A stretch of 64,000 nucleotides of DNA from a virus. Taxonomy: Duplodnaviria; Caudoviricetes. The notes below the pieces were generated by a model. The model did no database searches. It saw nothing but the letters and a program-made list of their open reading frames with translations, and was not told the origin of the DNA. The stretch lies in the IMG/VR virus record IMGVR_UViG_3300028601_000021, positions 32,001 to 96,000 of that record, one strand, 5' to 3'. Numbering within the stretch: position 1 is the first letter of the stretch; each line of letters opens with the position of its first letter. Positions 30,561 to 40,651 of the stretch are shown here, piece after piece. Made by a program: the position numbers and the translations under genes.

Positions 30561-31430
30561 TTACGCTATAGACCATTTCACTAACTTTTCTAAGATCTCT
30601 CTATTGTTAGACATATCAAAGAAAGCAGATACCCGTTCACGATGCACTTCAGTCAGTTCATTCTTCTCATCATAGATAGAAGAAAGTTTGTTCTTATCTA
30701 TCGTATCTAGGAATTCATTATGATCAGTCATAGCACCCAAAGTCTCTATGAAAGACCTACTGACATTTGGTATCTTAAATCCTATCAAGATATTCAATAA
30801 AGTAGCATGCTTCTTATGACTATTTATAAAGCTCATAAACTCAGCAGCATTTTCTCTAGTGATCATGATGTTCTCTAATTTGAGAATAGTATCGACATCG
30901 ATATAAATCAAATCAGCGATAGAGGAAAGTACACCAGTGGCTAGCAAATGACTATAAATACGATAATGAGTATTATTGAAATACATCTGGAAAATTGCTG
31001 AGAAAGCAGACAAGGTAGTGTATACCTGCGCTTTACAATCTCTCGATAAGCAGACTCCACCATAAACACCTAAGGTATTGTGTCTGAAGATATCAGAGAA
31101 ATACTTAGGGTGACTATAAATCAATGGAGTACCACATACTGGGCATACACTAGGGTATAAGTCGGTTTCATTATCCGATACCCTATTTTTCACTTCGATG
31201 GTGGAAACAGTACCACTATAGTTGGAAGCTATAGAGAGTTCATCACCAATGGCTAACTTAACTTTACTAAAAGGTCTGGTGTAAGGTGGTAGGTGATACT
31301 TTAAAGATAGGGAAGGATTAGTTAACGTAGTGACCGATAAGATAGGGGTGATTTCACCATATACACCATATCGATATAATCGCCTATCTAGCCTGACGTG
31401 CTTTACTACATCCGTAGCTAATGTGGGCAT
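30561..31430 (-). CDS. NAD-dependent DNA ligase-derived protein (OB + Zn finger + HhH only, no adenylation domain)
   Basis: YGEITPI (cf. TGRITPV), LAIGD, PSVCPVCG...C...CKAQ, IADLI, GFKIPNV; no KxDG motif. Confidence 0.65.
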   Translation of the reverse strand: MPTLATDVVKHVRLDRRLYRYGVYGEITPILSVTTLTNPSLSLKYHLPPYTRPFSKVKLAIGDELSIASNYSGTVSTIEVKNRVSDNETDLYPSVCPVCGTPLIYSHPKYFSDIFRHNTLGVYGGVCLSRDCKAQVYTTLSAFSAIFQMYFNNTHYRIYSHLLATGVLSSIADLIYIDVDTILKLENIMITRENAAEFMSFINSHKKHATLLNILIGFKIPNVSRSFIETLGAMTDHNEFLDTIDKNKLSSIYDEKNELTEVHRERVSAFFDMSNNREILEKLVKWSIA

Positions 31431-31607
31431 GATTTATGTCCGTTTATGTTTTGAAGTTTACTAAACGACGGGTCCAGTATCTCTGCTATAATAGAGATGG
31501 GGATGCGTAATAATTTATACAAACTTAGAGAGCTTGGTAGGTGTACCATTTTATACGTGTGGAAAAGCTTTACTCACGGGTAATTCGAATTAACAAGGAT
31601 TTTAGAT

Positions 31608-34055
31608 ATGGAATTGAAAGTGATACAATACGATGGGGCCATCGTCCCATTTGATATAAAGAAAATGATAAACTCATTAGTGGTATTAGGATACCCAGAC
31701 ATACTTGTTTCCAAGTCCATAGCTAAAGAGATAGCAGAAGAAGCAAGGAATCGAGCGACTATACGCTATGGAGAAAACCCTATATATGTAAAGCTACTGA
31801 TAGATATAGTAGAGGAGATCCTCATCGCTCACGATTATCACGAAATAGCTAAAGTGTATAGGAATCAACCAACCACCTTTGTTGATATAGATAGAGACTA
31901 TGGTGGTTTAGCTATAATGGATGGTATTGATTTTCATATATCGGAATTGAATTTCTATGCTTGTAATTTATTTAATTTTAAAAATGGAGTACTGGGTACT
32001 GAGTTCTGGTGTAGTGTCGAGAATCGGCCTATGGATTTAACTTCATACGTTGATTCTATCATCGGTCTCTTCAATGATCATAAAGTCAATGATCGCTGTA
32101 AAGTAAAGTGTATACCTGGAATAGACCACCTGCTGATGCCCTCTACTAGATACACTTTTCTAGAAGAATACAGGCGTATATTACTGGACAACTTCCCGAA
32201 CTATTCCATCACTATTAATGAAGTATTGAAAACGCTTCACAAATATGAATTACCTTACACCAGTATATTGACAGATGAAGGTATCGATTATTTAGTCGAT
32301 CAGACTATCCTGCAATTGGGAGAATTGGAAGTATCTAGGATACACAAATGGATACATCAAGCCAAGACTAGAACTAAAGAAATAGCTCATACGGCTATGT
32401 TTAAATTACTGTTCTGTTTATATAGTTTAATTAATAAAGATACTATCGTAGAATTCATACCATCTATAAATCTAGGCACCTGTATGTCTGGTGAAGGTAG
32501 AATAATAATGATAGCACTGTTAACGGTATGGAGGGACTTGATAGAGATAGACAAATACGATTACCACCCCACCTTAATCCTGAAATTAAAAAAAGGTATA
32601 AACAGAATAGGTGACTATAATCATGATATAGTTATTAGGTTATATGAGTTTTCTATCGATAAACCGTATATCCGCTACTTGAACCTAGATACGGTTTACA
32701 ATCTACCCTATTACCGATATATGACACCGTATAGTGAAATCTCTGCTATGAGTTGTTTTAATGGTGACACCACTTTACATATGCTCATAGGTGATCAGGT
32801 ATATCCTACAATACCAGCAATGGATCTACTCCCTATTGTTTCTAACTTAGTTAGAGAAGAACATACCTGTCATCTATCTAACAGTAAAGTATACGAACTA
32901 TTGGAATATGACATCTATATCCATGACACTATATCGAATAAGTATGTGAAATGTTTATATTTTATCATCAACGCCGATAATGACAATTGGTATAAATTAT
33001 CTATCTCATTCACCAGTAGAGTGGGTGTAAAATTTATCCATAACTTTTATCTCACTGCAGAACACGTGTTACCTACTTTAGATAATAATTTTCTGGAAGT
33101 TAAAGATATAACAATCGGTGAATTGTTATTGCCCACAGAAGATTATAATCGATATAAAGCTGAAGTGGTAGATGTTGTTTACATGGGGCATATGGGTGAG
33201 TTGGGCTACGACTTAGAAACGACTAGTAATACTTTTGATTTAGGTTATTTATGTAGCCACAATTGTCGTACTAGGATCATAGAAAAAGTCATAGCCAAAG
33301 ACCAAGATTATATCAGCAATAAAGGGGATTTGATAAATGCTTATCTCAATTTGCCCAGGATAGCAATTAAGTCCAATTATCGTATCGATAAGTTCTTCAC
33401 TAATTTGGATATCACCCTTTCTATATTGGTGTTAAAGTTATTACAGCGTATTGATAGAACGATGTGTTTGTCTGCACCTTTTTCATATACCACATTCAAT
33501 GCTTCTGAAATAGAGAAATCTATTCAATTTGTGGCTGAGAATATTCGCCACCGGGAAGTGAACATATCTGTTGGTAGTACGGTATCCATAAGCTTCGTAG
33601 GCTTAGCCGAATGTGTGTATGCTTTGACTGGTAAAGTACACGGTACATTTAGTAAATCTTCTACTTTAGGTATCGATATCGCTAAGTATCTATATGACAC
33701 TCTTCATAGGTACACTGAAGTATTGGATATTAATATAAAGCTATCCGGTAAATATCATGAAACTTTATCTGGTAGATTTGTCACTATCGATCGTAGGTAT
33801 TTTGGTTATATCGACGGTGTAACTGATAGAGATAGATATCAGGATAGTTTTCATATACCGGATAAATGTAGGGACAGCTTAGCTCATCAAATAGACAAAG
33901 AGGTACCTTACCATAGGCTATGTAAAGGTGACTCTTGTTCTAAATTTATCTTGACTAAAAACGATACCAATACGGTGTCTTCTATAGATAGAGATATCGA
34001 GCTTATATGTGAAAGTGATATCGGGCAATTTTCATTACGCACTAATGTAATTTAA
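31608..34055 (+). CDS. nrdD: anaerobic ribonucleotide reductase NrdD-like protein (degenerate) containing an intein
   Basis: ATP cone VIQYDG..VPFD..K; SINLGT..SGEGR; P.LILKLKKGIN; MS|intein|CRTR; NLPRIAI; ISFVGLAECV; DRDRYQDSFH. The C-terminal Zn and glycyl-radical motifs are absent. Confidence 0.75.
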   Translation: MELKVIQYDGAIVPFDIKKMINSLVVLGYPDILVSKSIAKEIAEEARNRATIRYGENPIYVKLLIDIVEEILIAHDYHEIAKVYRNQPTTFVDIDRDYGGLAIMDGIDFHISELNFYACNLFNFKNGVLGTEFWCSVENRPMDLTSYVDSIIGLFNDHKVNDRCKVKCIPGIDHLLMPSTRYTFLEEYRRILLDNFPNYSITINEVLKTLHKYELPYTSILTDEGIDYLVDQTILQLGELEVSRIHKWIHQAKTRTKEIAHTAMFKLLFCLYSLINKDTIVEFIPSINLGTCMSGEGRIIMIALLTVWRDLIEIDKYDYHPTLILKLKKGINRIGDYNHDIVIRLYEFSIDKPYIRYLNLDTVYNLPYYRYMTPYSEISAMSCFNGDTTLHMLIGDQVYPTIPAMDLLPIVSNLVREEHTCHLSNSKVYELLEYDIYIHDTISNKYVKCLYFIINADNDNWYKLSISFTSRVGVKFIHNFYLTAEHVLPTLDNNFLEVKDITIGELLLPTEDYNRYKAEVVDVVYMGHMGELGYDLETTSNTFDLGYLCSHNCRTRIIEKVIAKDQDYISNKGDLINAYLNLPRIAIKSNYRIDKFFTNLDITLSILVLKLLQRIDRTMCLSAPFSYTTFNASEIEKSIQFVAENIRHREVNISVGSTVSISFVGLAECVYALTGKVHGTFSKSSTLGIDIAKYLYDTLHRYTEVLDINIKLSGKYHETLSGRFVTIDRRYFGYIDGVTDRDRYQDSFHIPDKCRDSLAHQIDKEVPYHRLCKGDSCSKFILTKNDTNTVSSIDRDIELICESDIGQFSLRTNVI
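32754..33263 (+). mobile_element. mini-intein (170 aa, no endonuclease) at the finger-loop Cys of NrdD
   Basis: Starts CFNGDT; block B LTAEH; block F GYDLET; ends SHN followed by Cys(+1). Confidence 0.85.
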
Positions 34056-34082
34056 CTATATTTAGAGTTGAGAGGATCTCCT

Positions 34083-34556
34083 ATGTCTATGCATACGTAT
34101 ATAGGTGTGATATCCATAAAAGCTGAACCTGGTGTTAACGATAAAGGAGAAGAAGGTTATTTTTCTGTTTCATCGGAAAAAGGTTCCAGGGTATGGATAC
34201 CCAAAGATAGGTTTGATAAAATGTACCTTGGGTTGGATACTGAAGATAAGAAAGTCAGTCAGGAAGATGTCGATACTTTAGTAGCTAAATGGTTATTCCG
34301 TAGATTGGATAAACGTACTATTATTGGTACGGCTATATTGAAATCTGGGTTTAGAGTATATGCCACTGCTAGTAGTGTCGATCCACAGCCTACAGATACC
34401 AATCCAGGGGTGCAACTATGTAAGCAGCGTCTCTATGATAAGATATGGAATTATATCGGATTCGTAAGTCAGTGGGCCTTTAAAGGATTACATCACACTG
34501 ATCTGGAAAATCCCATATACACAGATATCACTGATTTAGAGAACATGGATTTTTGA
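34083..34556 (+). CDS. N4 gp49/Sf6 gp66-family domain protein (Acb4-like nucleotide-sponge candidate)
   Basis: N-terminal YIG....AEP...EGY.....W.PK..F...Y; C-terminal T.....LKSGF.V...S.VDP.....G...C......KIW...GF. Confidence 0.65.
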   Translation: MSMHTYIGVISIKAEPGVNDKGEEGYFSVSSEKGSRVWIPKDRFDKMYLGLDTEDKKVSQEDVDTLVAKWLFRRLDKRTIIGTAILKSGFRVYATASSVDPQPTDTNPGVQLCKQRLYDKIWNYIGFVSQWAFKGLHHTDLENPIYTDITDLENMDF

Positions 34557-34635
34557 ATAGAGTAGATTACGGTACTAACTCTGTACCTTGGGCAGTAGAT
34601 AGGTCTTTCCCTAATAGTGAAGCTTAAGTAATACA

Positions 34636-34676
34636 TATATAGCCACAGTACCTATCACTGGTACTGTGGCTATATA
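34636..34676. terminator. 17-bp inverted repeat between convergent genes
   Basis: TATATAGCCACAGTACC-tatcact-GGTACTGTGGCTATATA. Confidence 0.75.
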
Positions 34677-34678
34677 CT

Positions 34679-37255
34679 TCAACTATTTATTCTAACGTAG
34701 GTATTGACTTCTCTATCAGGAAGCAATACATTTTCTATTCGCAAACAGATATAATCGCAATCATTGAAACTATTAATAACCATAGATCCGTGACTAACAA
34801 TAAATAACTGTTGAATGACTTTCTTACTAACCAAATCATGTAAACACTCTATCAACTTCTGCGTGTGATAACTATCTATACCACTACCGATTTCATCTAG
34901 AAAGATAGGATATTTATCCAATTTCTTAGTCTGTAGTAGTATAGCTAAAGTCCAAGCTAAATTAACCATCTCTCGTTGACCTTTACTCAACTTAGCTATA
35001 TCTCTTACTGTCACATCACCTACTTCTATAGGGAATGTGAAGTCTAATGATTTGGTATCGTCTATAGGACAGATATGTAGTCTGTAGCTGAATACTCTGG
35101 AAATGAAGTAGTTGGCATTGTGAATAAGATTATTTAGATATGAGACCATGTAACCATGAGGGATACCGTCATTTGGTGATAGACTTTTCTCTATCAACTC
35201 ATATTTCCATTTATCAAACTCTATCTTATTTATCCACTTAACTATTTCTTCATCATATCGAGCTATCAGACCTTCCTGCTCTTTCAACAAACCATCTATC
35301 TTTACTAACTGATGATGGATATCCTTCTTCACCATATCGCAAGATAACAATAGCTTATTATGATACTCTATGGATTTCACAGCTAAGATAGCAGCTGCAC
35401 CATTTTCATAAGTATCCTCATAGGTAGATAACTTATCTAAGATACGATCGAATCTATTTATCTTATCTAAATTAGCTACTAGACTGAGCTTGGTGTTATT
35501 ACATTGGTCGTAATCAGATAGTAAGCTATCTAACTTATCTGACTTTTCCTTCAATACCTTAGTCAAGAACTCTACAGAAGTAGTATTGGATTTAGTAGCC
35601 ACTTCCAGTTCCTTCTGAATAAGGACGATACGTTCCGATATCTTGGTGTATTGGGTGTGATTCTTGGTATTGATGATGCCGTCTTCTATCCTTCTAATAG
35701 CACTAGATGGATTTACTTCCAAGATACGGAATAATTCAGATAGCTGAAAGCTAGTAGCTAAGCTGTTGTATTGTTGTCTAAGCGCAGAGATACTTTCCCA
35801 TAGACGATAGAAAGGTATTTGTTCATTATACTTAGCTGCTAATTTTTCAAATGCTGTTTCTCGCTTAGCTAAGTATTTAGCTGCTCTGTCGTGTTCACCT
35901 TTTAGAGTAGCTTGTTTCAATAGTAAGCCTTGCTTCTTACTGACAAAACCTCTACGTAGCTTACATTGCTCTAAAATGCATTCATCCGGGACTTCTGTCG
36001 CTATAGAGGATAATTCTTCTCTTGTCTCTTTTAGCTGCATAAAAGCCTGGGAAGCCTTATACTTTACTTCCTCTATACGGTACTTTAGCTTATCCAAGGC
36101 CGATTGGACTGCACGTACTTTTACTGGCTTCCATAGCTGTACCGGCTTATCGATAAACTGTAAACACAAGTCCTTGAAATTACTCTGTAGTAAAGCTTCT
36201 GCATCTCGTAGAAGAGCTGGAGTGAATACAGGTAAATTATCTCTTACCTTGTATTGGGTCAACAACTCTTTCAGTTCTTTCAACTCTTTCTCTAAAGAAC
36301 TGCTATGGTTATCCATCGTGTTCTTAAGATGCAACTGATACTTCTCCATCTCTTTCTTTATCTCATTGGCTGAGTTAGAAATAGTAGAGATAGTCTCAGT
36401 GGTACTGCGTAAATCCATAGTGAATTTAATACGGTCGTTCTCGGCATTAGTCCTAGATACTTCTCTATAATTAGGTAAGTCTTTATAAAGAGATTTACAA
36501 TAAGAAATGATTTCATCAGCAGGCAATACCTTCTGTCCATTTCTTACCTTGTGATTGTAATCTTGTATCTGCTGTCTGTACTTGTTGTTAAGTTGTTCGA
36601 TATGCTGTTCTAAAGCATACATCAACTTATCCAATAATCTACTTTGTTCAACTAATACTTCCTTATTCCTATAAGTAGCCGTAAGAGTATCTTTATCTAA
36701 GAGTTTAGCTTCTACTTCTACTTTCCTATTATGGAGCATAGCTAGGTTATTCTTAAACTCTCTGATCTTAGATAGACTCTTTTTATGTTTTTCTAATAGT
36801 AGAGATAAGTCTACAGGGTTCATAGAGATAAAAAATGACTTACGCTCACTAGGTCCCATACGACAAATATCGTACTCCATATGACATAAGCCTTTTACCT
36901 TAGGAGTGTAACCTAGGTACTTCTCTACCAATTCCTGTTGCACACCAGTGACACCACTGGTATTCAACTCCTTACCTTCTACCTTAAAACTATGTGCACC
37001 ATGTCTGTTACCAAAATCAGTAGTGAGGATGTAAGATTTACCTTCATGTTCGATGTGATGCACTAACTTACCGTTCTTTTCGAAATCAGGTCTTGGTGGT
37101 GGATAGGCAGAAAGTATCTGCAAAAAGGTACTCTTTCCGCTACCATTACCACCCATCACTATATTTATAGGTTTGACTAGGTCTACCTCTAGACTATCTA
37201 TTTCAGAGAACTTAAATGACTTAAGTCCTTCTATATAGGCATGTGTGATATTCAT
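34679..37255 (-). CDS. sbcC: SbcC/Rad50-like ABC ATPase
   Basis: Walker A GGNGSGKST, long coiled coil with central Cys pair, signature LSKGQ, Walker B FLDE, and VSH. Confidence 0.9.
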   Translation of the reverse strand: MNITHAYIEGLKSFKFSEIDSLEVDLVKPINIVMGGNGSGKSTFLQILSAYPPPRPDFEKNGKLVHHIEHEGKSYILTTDFGNRHGAHSFKVEGKELNTSGVTGVQQELVEKYLGYTPKVKGLCHMEYDICRMGPSERKSFFISMNPVDLSLLLEKHKKSLSKIREFKNNLAMLHNRKVEVEAKLLDKDTLTATYRNKEVLVEQSRLLDKLMYALEQHIEQLNNKYRQQIQDYNHKVRNGQKVLPADEIISYCKSLYKDLPNYREVSRTNAENDRIKFTMDLRSTTETISTISNSANEIKKEMEKYQLHLKNTMDNHSSSLEKELKELKELLTQYKVRDNLPVFTPALLRDAEALLQSNFKDLCLQFIDKPVQLWKPVKVRAVQSALDKLKYRIEEVKYKASQAFMQLKETREELSSIATEVPDECILEQCKLRRGFVSKKQGLLLKQATLKGEHDRAAKYLAKRETAFEKLAAKYNEQIPFYRLWESISALRQQYNSLATSFQLSELFRILEVNPSSAIRRIEDGIINTKNHTQYTKISERIVLIQKELEVATKSNTTSVEFLTKVLKEKSDKLDSLLSDYDQCNNTKLSLVANLDKINRFDRILDKLSTYEDTYENGAAAILAVKSIEYHNKLLLSCDMVKKDIHHQLVKIDGLLKEQEGLIARYDEEIVKWINKIEFDKWKYELIEKSLSPNDGIPHGYMVSYLNNLIHNANYFISRVFSYRLHICPIDDTKSLDFTFPIEVGDVTVRDIAKLSKGQREMVNLAWTLAILLQTKKLDKYPIFLDEIGSGIDSYHTQKLIECLHDLVSKKVIQQLFIVSHGSMVINSFNDCDYICLRIENVLLPDREVNTYVRINS

Positions 37256-37381
37256 ATATACGCTCTCTTAAGGCTACAGGGGGTGTAAAGTAAGGTCGTT
37301 CTTTTTAATTTTATACCCGCTACAGACCAAGCATGATATACTAGTATATCTTACAATTTTTACTTAAGGAGTGATATATCC

Positions 37382-38071
37382 ATGAGCTCTAATACCCCAT
37401 CAGCAGATTTGGGTGCATTGCCCATTCCGAATATAAAAACAGTCGTACATTCAGTATTAAAACCAGAGCTCAAAGCTTTAGTGGATGTAGTACAATCTGA
37501 AATTCAATATATGCGTAATTGCATCGAAGAGCAGAATGTCGCTATCCTGAGATTACAGACTATCTTTGCGCAGCAGACTAATCTCATCATTGATCAGGTC
37601 ACTAAGCTGTCCGATACTGTCATCCAGGTCAATGAACTAGAAGCCAGTAAAGCTAGTGAAATCGAATTCCAGAGAGATCGTTTTACTTACAATAATGCTA
37701 TTGAAACTATCCATGGTTCACTTACTCATATTGAAGGTGAACTTATCACTTTGATCAATAACGATACCGATCATACTAGTGCATTGTCTAGTTTACAATA
37801 TATCGTAGCTCAGCAAGTAGCCAATAGTGTAGCTCAGATAGATCTACTCAATAGTTTAGATGAACGAATGGATAGTGCGGAAACTAAACTAGAAACACTT
37901 GAGCAAATTAGCACTACTGTCGATCACGTCACTAATCTTCTTAATGGTATCAATGGCGATATCGTGTCTACCAATGAAGCTTTTGGTGCATTTCAGACTA
38001 CAGTAGCCACTCAACTACAGGAAGTCAGAGATAACATCGCTGCCATCGAAGCATTTCTAGCTGCTAACTAA
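37382..38071 (+). CDS. coiled-coil (fibre-like) protein
   Basis: Continuous heptads; AAGGAG RBS. Confidence 0.55.
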   Translation: MSSNTPSADLGALPIPNIKTVVHSVLKPELKALVDVVQSEIQYMRNCIEEQNVAILRLQTIFAQQTNLIIDQVTKLSDTVIQVNELEASKASEIEFQRDRFTYNNAIETIHGSLTHIEGELITLINNDTDHTSALSSLQYIVAQQVANSVAQIDLLNSLDERMDSAETKLETLEQISTTVDHVTNLLNGINGDIVSTNEAFGAFQTTVATQLQEVRDNIAAIEAFLAAN

Positions 38072-38125
38072 ACAAAAAAAATATACACCACAGTAGCCGT
38101 GATAGCTACTGTGGTGTACACCTTA

Positions 38126-39103
38126 TTAAATCTTAGAAATAGACTCTATATGTCTAGTATTAGTAGCCAAATACCTGCTCATCCAAATAGGATAAACTTC
38201 ATTCACTATAGTGTCGATATCCGCTACCTTGAATCGCATAGTGAGACTAAACTTCCATTTACATGGAGAGAAACTACATATAGCACAATCAATGAAACCC
38301 ATCTGTAATAAAGAACAAATAGATCTATACTTAGTAGATATATCCCTTTCAGGCTCTAGTTCTTTCAAACTAAAAGTGAAATCGATATTCTTATTCTTCT
38401 TAGTGGTCTTGGTATTGTACTGCATAAGTAACAACAATCTACGTTCCGCATCTGTCATAAAAGGAAACAATATAGCAGAGTTACCGGTACCCAAATACTT
38501 ATTAGATTTAGATGTCCAATAAGTAGCTACTCTATCTATACAAATATCAAGATGTTCCTTGTATACATCTTTATTGATGTATGTTTTGTGTATACCATCA
38601 TTAACAATACGAAACACCAAATGTAATACATTAGGTTTGCATAAATTAAAATCCGTGAAAGATAACAGATATTTCACTAATGCTGTTTTGTATGCTTGTA
38701 TGAAATTATCAAAATCCAATATCTGGATATAAATATCCATCGGATCATCTCCAGCATCAGCGACCGATAATCTTATCAGACCTAATTCAATGAGCGGTAA
38801 TAGATATTCAGAATAGTCAGGATGACGCAGATTAGTTAATTCACCTACTGCTACTCTAGCTTTAGGTCCTTTATCGACATGAAACAAAATAATGTGTTTG
38901 AGCAGTTCAAGAGTTTTGTGTCCTTTATCGATATTCTCCATAAAAGGGAAATATTCGGTCATACTCTCTAAGTCAAGATGATGCACTCTGTATAAATCTC
39001 TATACGATCTACTGTATGTCCCTTCGGCGTATAAACTCTGTACGAATGATGTTAAGTTATTAGCTATGTAATAAACTAATTCCATTTGGTTTACGGTATA
39101 CAT
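38126..39103 (-). CDS. hypothetical protein
   Basis: AGGAG RBS; downstream of the radical SAM gene; two L...G[LF]I winged-helix-like segments. Confidence 0.55.
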   Translation of the reverse strand: MYTVNQMELVYYIANNLTSFVQSLYAEGTYSRSYRDLYRVHHLDLESMTEYFPFMENIDKGHKTLELLKHIILFHVDKGPKARVAVGELTNLRHPDYSEYLLPLIELGLIRLSVADAGDDPMDIYIQILDFDNFIQAYKTALVKYLLSFTDFNLCKPNVLHLVFRIVNDGIHKTYINKDVYKEHLDICIDRVATYWTSKSNKYLGTGNSAILFPFMTDAERRLLLLMQYNTKTTKKNKNIDFTFSLKELEPERDISTKYRSICSLLQMGFIDCAICSFSPCKWKFSLTMRFKVADIDTIVNEVYPIWMSRYLATNTRHIESISKI

Positions 39104-39111
39104 AAATACTC

Positions 39112-39942
39112 CTATGTATGTTTACAACCATTCATGTGGAACTTATAAGCGGCATGTATCTGCTGATATATATCCTTTTCGGTAGTTGCTTTAGGATAAT
39201 GGTGTTTATCTAATTGTGGGCAAGTGCTCGCTACTCCATTTGGAAATAACCACAATGCTTTTAACGTAATACATTTCCTATCACATCCATTACAACCCAT
39301 ACCTCTGTTCTGTTGGATACCAGTATATCTAGCCTTTATAATCTTATCAGGATACTTAGCTCTCATATTTTGAATGAAATTTACATATCTAGTGTTGAGA
39401 GCTTCGTCACCATAAAAGTCTACAAAGAACTTTATAGGTAGATCCAATCCAGTATAATACTCTACTAGTTCTTCACCTAGTTCATCTGTTAGATCATTGG
39501 TATATACAGCTTGTATTTCTACTGGAGAAAATGACATAGCTTTATAATCGTCTAACTGACCAGGTAATACATGTACTCGCACTTTACCCACATTGTATTT
39601 CATAAGAAACCAATCCATATTGTGAAATATGGTACCATTGGTATTTATGATGGTGTGTACTTCTGAAGCTAATCCACAATTCACTAATTCTATTAACTGT
39701 TTATATACTCCAGGTTCTCCTCCACTTATATTCAATATAGCTTTTTCACCTTTAGCCTCCATGTAACTACCATAAGCACGTATGTATGATTTAGCCAATT
39801 CATTATCTAACATACGAGGAAGAGCATTCTTCTCTTGGAAGTCGTTCAAACAAAAAGAGCATTTACGATTACACATGTTAGTCACTAGGAGTCTAAGTCT
39901 GAACTCATCTTTGTGCTTATTGATATCCGCTATTTCTTTCAT
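39112..39942 (-). CDS. radical SAM protein (MoaA-like) with Cys-rich C-terminus
   Basis: CNRKCSFC, ISGGEP and TNG motifs; C-terminal CNGC..KC...STCP. Confidence 0.85.
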   Translation of the reverse strand: MKEIADINKHKDEFRLRLLVTNMCNRKCSFCLNDFQEKNALPRMLDNELAKSYIRAYGSYMEAKGEKAILNISGGEPGVYKQLIELVNCGLASEVHTIINTNGTIFHNMDWFLMKYNVGKVRVHVLPGQLDDYKAMSFSPVEIQAVYTNDLTDELGEELVEYYTGLDLPIKFFVDFYGDEALNTRYVNFIQNMRAKYPDKIIKARYTGIQQNRGMGCNGCDRKCITLKALWLFPNGVASTCPQLDKHHYPKATTEKDIYQQIHAAYKFHMNGCKHT

Positions 39943-40038
39943 GACTCATATATTCCACGTTGTAAGTATAAGGAGGTATCGGGTACAATAGTATACCGGT
40001 AAATTACACATATTTACACATCCTAGGAGGATAATTAA

Positions 40039-40587
40039 ATGGCCTTGAATGACATCCCACTCATGTATAAACCGAAGCACTTCGAATTATATGAATTGGT
40101 ATACCCGGAAGTATACGACCAATATGCTAAGATGAATAAACTGCACCTTATCTGGGGTGTATTAGATCGATATGCACTTTGGACCATCGATCAGCTGAGA
40201 GAACTCTACGGTCCCTGCACTATCAATAACTGGTATCAGAAAACTGATAAAGGCTACACTATTCGTAAAGGTAGTGGTGTATTCTCTGAATCTGGCTTAA
40301 GACGTTCAGATACCGATACAGGTAGCGTATTGTCACAGCATAAGTTCGGTAGAGCTTTCGATCTCAAGTTCAGAAATATCCCTGCTCCTGAAGTGGTAAA
40401 GGAGATGGATAAGTTGGGTCTGTTTAAAGGTGGTGGCTGGCGTAGTGACCCAGACACTAAATACGATGCTTATCGCTATCTCACCACTATAGAAAGATCT
40501 TTGAATGGTGTACCGTGCAGCTGGTTACATATCGATACTAGATTGTACACCACGGGTAATGGTGCTATCATAGCACTGGATATCTAA
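40039..40587 (+). CDS. peptidase M15 family peptidoglycan hydrolase
   Basis: SGLR, SQHKFGRAFD and WLHID zinc motifs. Confidence 0.85.
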   Translation: MALNDIPLMYKPKHFELYELVYPEVYDQYAKMNKLHLIWGVLDRYALWTIDQLRELYGPCTINNWYQKTDKGYTIRKGSGVFSESGLRRSDTDTGSVLSQHKFGRAFDLKFRNIPAPEVVKEMDKLGLFKGGGWRSDPDTKYDAYRYLTTIERSLNGVPCSWLHIDTRLYTTGNGAIIALDI

Positions 40588-40651
40588 AAGAAATAGACGA
40601 TACAAATGCTACTACTCTACCCTATCATTGGGGTAGAGTAGTAGCTATATC

